A program made the position numbers and the translations under genes. Shown in pieces: positions 62,217 through 64,000 of a stretch of 64,000 nt of DNA. Every line of letters begins with the position of its first letter. The first letter of the stretch is position 1. The DNA comes from Candidatus Spyradocola sp. (GTDB lineage: Bacteria > Bacillota > Clostridia > Christensenellales > UBA1750): the NCBI GenBank assembly GCA_034113365.1, contig JAXEXP010000158.1, positions 1,759-65,758 of the forward strand, written 5' to 3'. The notes beneath the pieces were generated by a model. The model worked only from the letters and a program-made list of their open reading frames with translations. It did no database searches and was not told the origin of the DNA.

Positions 62217-62692
62217 GGGTGCTGGTCAGCGCGTGTCTGCTGGGCGCGCGGTGCCGCTACGACGGCGCGAGCAAGCCGCTGCCGGGGCTGGAGCGCCTGC
62301 TGGACGCCATCGACCCGGTGCCGGTCTGCCCGGAACAGCTGGGCGGGCTGCCCACGCCGCGCACCCCCGCCGAGCGCTGCGGCGACCGCGTCGTCACGCG
62401 CGACGGAACGGACGTCACCGCGCAGTACGAGCGCGGCGCGCAGGAGGCGCTGCGTCTGGCGCAGCTGACGGGCTGCACGCTGGCGCTTCTAAAAGAAAAA
62501 AGCCCCTCCTGCGGCTGCGGGCGCATCTACGACGGCACGCACACGGGCACGCTCACCGACGGCAATGGCGTCGCCGCGGAACTGCTGCTGCAAAACGGCG
62601 TCCACGTGTTTGGCGAAACGCAGCTGGATGCACTGCTGGACAGTCTGGCAGCCCGGGGAAAAAACGAGGGAGGAGAAGGAGGTTTGCAATGA
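62213..62692 (+). CDS. DUF523-like protein
   Basis: ATGA overlap. MRVLVSACLLGARCRYDG...SPSCG. Confidence 0.75.
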   Translation: MRVLVSACLLGARCRYDGASKPLPGLERLLDAIDPVPVCPEQLGGLPTPRTPAERCGDRVVTRDGTDVTAQYERGAQEALRLAQLTGCTLALLKEKSPSCGCGRIYDGTHTGTLTDGNGVAAELLLQNGVHVFGETQLDALLDSLAARGKNEGGEGGLQ

Positions 62693-63459
62693 AACCGATG
62701 GCAAGCGACTGGTACAAGAAGATCTGGACGCTGAGCATTCAGGATATGTCCTGGGTGGAAGATACGGCTCGTCAGGTGGATTTTCTGATTGAGAAGCTGG
62801 AACTGAAAGGGAATGAAAACATACTGGACCTGGCCTGCGGATTTGGCCGTCATTCCCTGGAGCTTGCGCGCCGGGGCTTTGAGGTAACGGGCGTTGACAT
62901 TACCCCGGCCTATATCGAGTATGCCGCAGCGCAGGCGCAAGCGGAGAATCTGAACGCCAGATTTATCTGCTCCGACATTCGGGACGTTGCCTTTGCGGAG
63001 CAATTTGACGTCGTGCTGAACATGGCGGACGGGGCCATAGGCTACCTTGAAAACGAGGAGGAAAACCGGAAAATTTTTCAGGTGGTATCCAACGCGCTGA
63101 AGCCGGGCGGAAAGCACTTCATGGACATCATGAACGGAGGCTATGCGGAAAGCCATTTCCCCTGCAGACTGTGGGAAGCGGGAGAAAAGTGCCTTACCCT
63201 ATCCAACTTTGAATGGGATGCAAAGAAAAAGATTTTGATTTACGGTCAGGTGGACTATCCCTATGGCGAACCGCTTTATAAGCCTGATATGCAGGAAGGC
63301 AACCCGATCCGGCTTTATACGCGGGAAGAAATAGAGTCCATTTTCGGGGAGCTGAACATGAAGGTAATGGATTGCTGCGCAGATTTCAGCGGCACACCGG
63401 CATCGGATAACCATATTCAGCTGATGGTTTGCTCCCGGAAACAATCATCTGTTGAGTGA
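62689..63459 (+). CDS. Class I SAM-dependent methyltransferase
   Basis: ATGA overlap. Motif I is ILDLACGFGRHS. Confidence 0.8.
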   Translation: MKPMASDWYKKIWTLSIQDMSWVEDTARQVDFLIEKLELKGNENILDLACGFGRHSLELARRGFEVTGVDITPAYIEYAAAQAQAENLNARFICSDIRDVAFAEQFDVVLNMADGAIGYLENEEENRKIFQVVSNALKPGGKHFMDIMNGGYAESHFPCRLWEAGEKCLTLSNFEWDAKKKILIYGQVDYPYGEPLYKPDMQEGNPIRLYTREEIESIFGELNMKVMDCCADFSGTPASDNHIQLMVCSRKQSSVE

Positions 63460-63485
63460 AAAACATGGAGCTCTGACAAAGACAA

Positions 63486-63526
63486 ACAGGGAACCCGTCC
63501 TTTTGGGCGAGTTCCCTGTCTTTTTT
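63486..63526. terminator. Hairpin terminator between convergent genes
   Basis: ACAGGGAAC-(16 nt)-GTTCCCTGT followed by CTTTTTT. Confidence 0.65.
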
Positions 63527-63544
63527 GGGGAAAACCGTCAGCGC

Positions 63545-63721
63545 TTACTTGGCGCGGTAGCTCGAGCAGTTGGTCTCGTTCTCGGCCTTGCCGTCGTGGC
63601 AGTCGCAGCAGGGCTTGACGTTGATGGCGGACAGCGTGCAGGTGCAGGCCTGCTTGTCGTTGTAGGCACAGGAATCCACATGGCAGTTGATGCTCTGATG
63701 ACCGGTTGCTTTGTTCTGCAT
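63545..63721 (-). CDS. DUF1540-like Cys/His-rich small protein (58 aa)
   Basis: Below the ORF-track size cut-off. RBS AAGGAGG is followed by MQNKATGHQSINCHVDSCAYNDKQACTCTLSAINVKPCCDCHDGKAENETNCSSYRAK. Confidence 0.75.
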   Translation of the reverse strand: MQNKATGHQSINCHVDSCAYNDKQACTCTLSAINVKPCCDCHDGKAENETNCSSYRAK

Positions 63722-63777
63722 GAACTTTTACCTCCTTGCTTTGGTTGCAAGGCTAGTATGTCCGCGCACGCCGCGCG

Positions 63778-64000
63778 CTATTCCGCCCGGGCTGACAGCT
63801 TCTGCACGTCCTGCCATTGTTTTCCAAGCGAATCAAAAGGCACGGGGTCGGCGGGCTGCTCCTGCCGCGCGGTCAGGTGCTTTACGTAGTATTTGACGTC
63901 GTGCCACGCGCCCTGCTTGTAGCCCGCCTGCGGATAGGTCATCGCAAGAGAGAAGCCCATGTGCTCGTGGAAGCGCTCGGAGGGCAGGTTTGGGCAGCCC
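63778..64000 (-). CDS. GNAT acetyltransferase C-terminal part (partial; continues past the right edge)
   Basis: The frame stays open upstream of M63960 to the window end (...FHEHMGFSLAMTYPQAGYKQGAWHDVKYYVKHL). It resembles phosphinothricin/MSO-type acetyltransferases. Confidence 0.55.
   Translation of the reverse strand, partial: GCPNLPSERFHEHMGFSLAMTYPQAGYKQGAWHDVKYYVKHLTARQEQPADPVPFDSLGKQWQDVQKLSARAE

Noticed and set aside
63538-63750. Tracked 70-aa ORF
   Set aside because: Wrong frame. The RBS-preceded DUF1540-like 58-aa frame explains the locus.

Overview
This is a high-GC Firmicutes/Clostridia-like chromosome window. The codon usage, strong AGGAGG ribosome-binding sites (RBS) and an SPKTG sorting signal suggest an Oscillospiraceae-type gut anaerobe, but the taxon is only an inference.

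(1) 1-13.27 kb is an integrated mobile element abutting tRNA-Val(GAC).
- It carries a tyrosine integrase next to the tRNA 3' end.
- It carries a 1211-aa polyvalent-type giant protein that looks 5'-truncated.
- It carries a Phd/ParE toxin-antitoxin pair.
- A tightly packed leftward operon encodes phage receptor-binding proteins (BppU-like, collagen-like, Gly-rich, LamG). The operon ends in a CBM-only protein and an SLT+NlpC/P60 lysin that runs off the left edge.
- No capsid, terminase or tail-tube genes lie between the fibre genes and the integrase. I read this as a decayed or rearranged prophage.

(2) 13.3-42.4 kb is a mix of core and accessory genes.
- HPr-like protein, TetR regulator, a preQ1-I riboswitch upstream of queT, and a WYL regulator.
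- tRNA-Glu, tRNA-Gln and tRNA-Ile.
- A two-gene ABC transporter.
- A glycan-utilisation set: GHL6-like, BNR/sialidase-like, GH127-like and GH29 fucosidase genes.
- A MATE exporter.
- A compact tannase + UbiD/UbiX/LpdD (gallate decarboxylase-type) operon.
- A CAP-domain protein and a sortase-anchored beta-helix protein.

(3) 42.4-56.9 kb is a nitrogen-assimilation supercluster.
- Genes: an Amt-PII fusion, purF, type III glutamine synthetase, a five-gene split glutamate-synthase-like operon, a short type I glutamine synthetase, and an ANTAR response regulator.
- Three leader or intergenic terminators each overlap a hexaloop hairpin with loop AAAGNN. I propose these as the ANTAR regulon.

(4) 56.9-64 kb holds pyrG, dapL and small enzymes.

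I found no CRISPR array, rRNA gene or reverse transcriptase. All RNA-element coordinates are hand-derived and accurate to about +/-3 nt. Domain names come from my own motif recognition, not from database searches.
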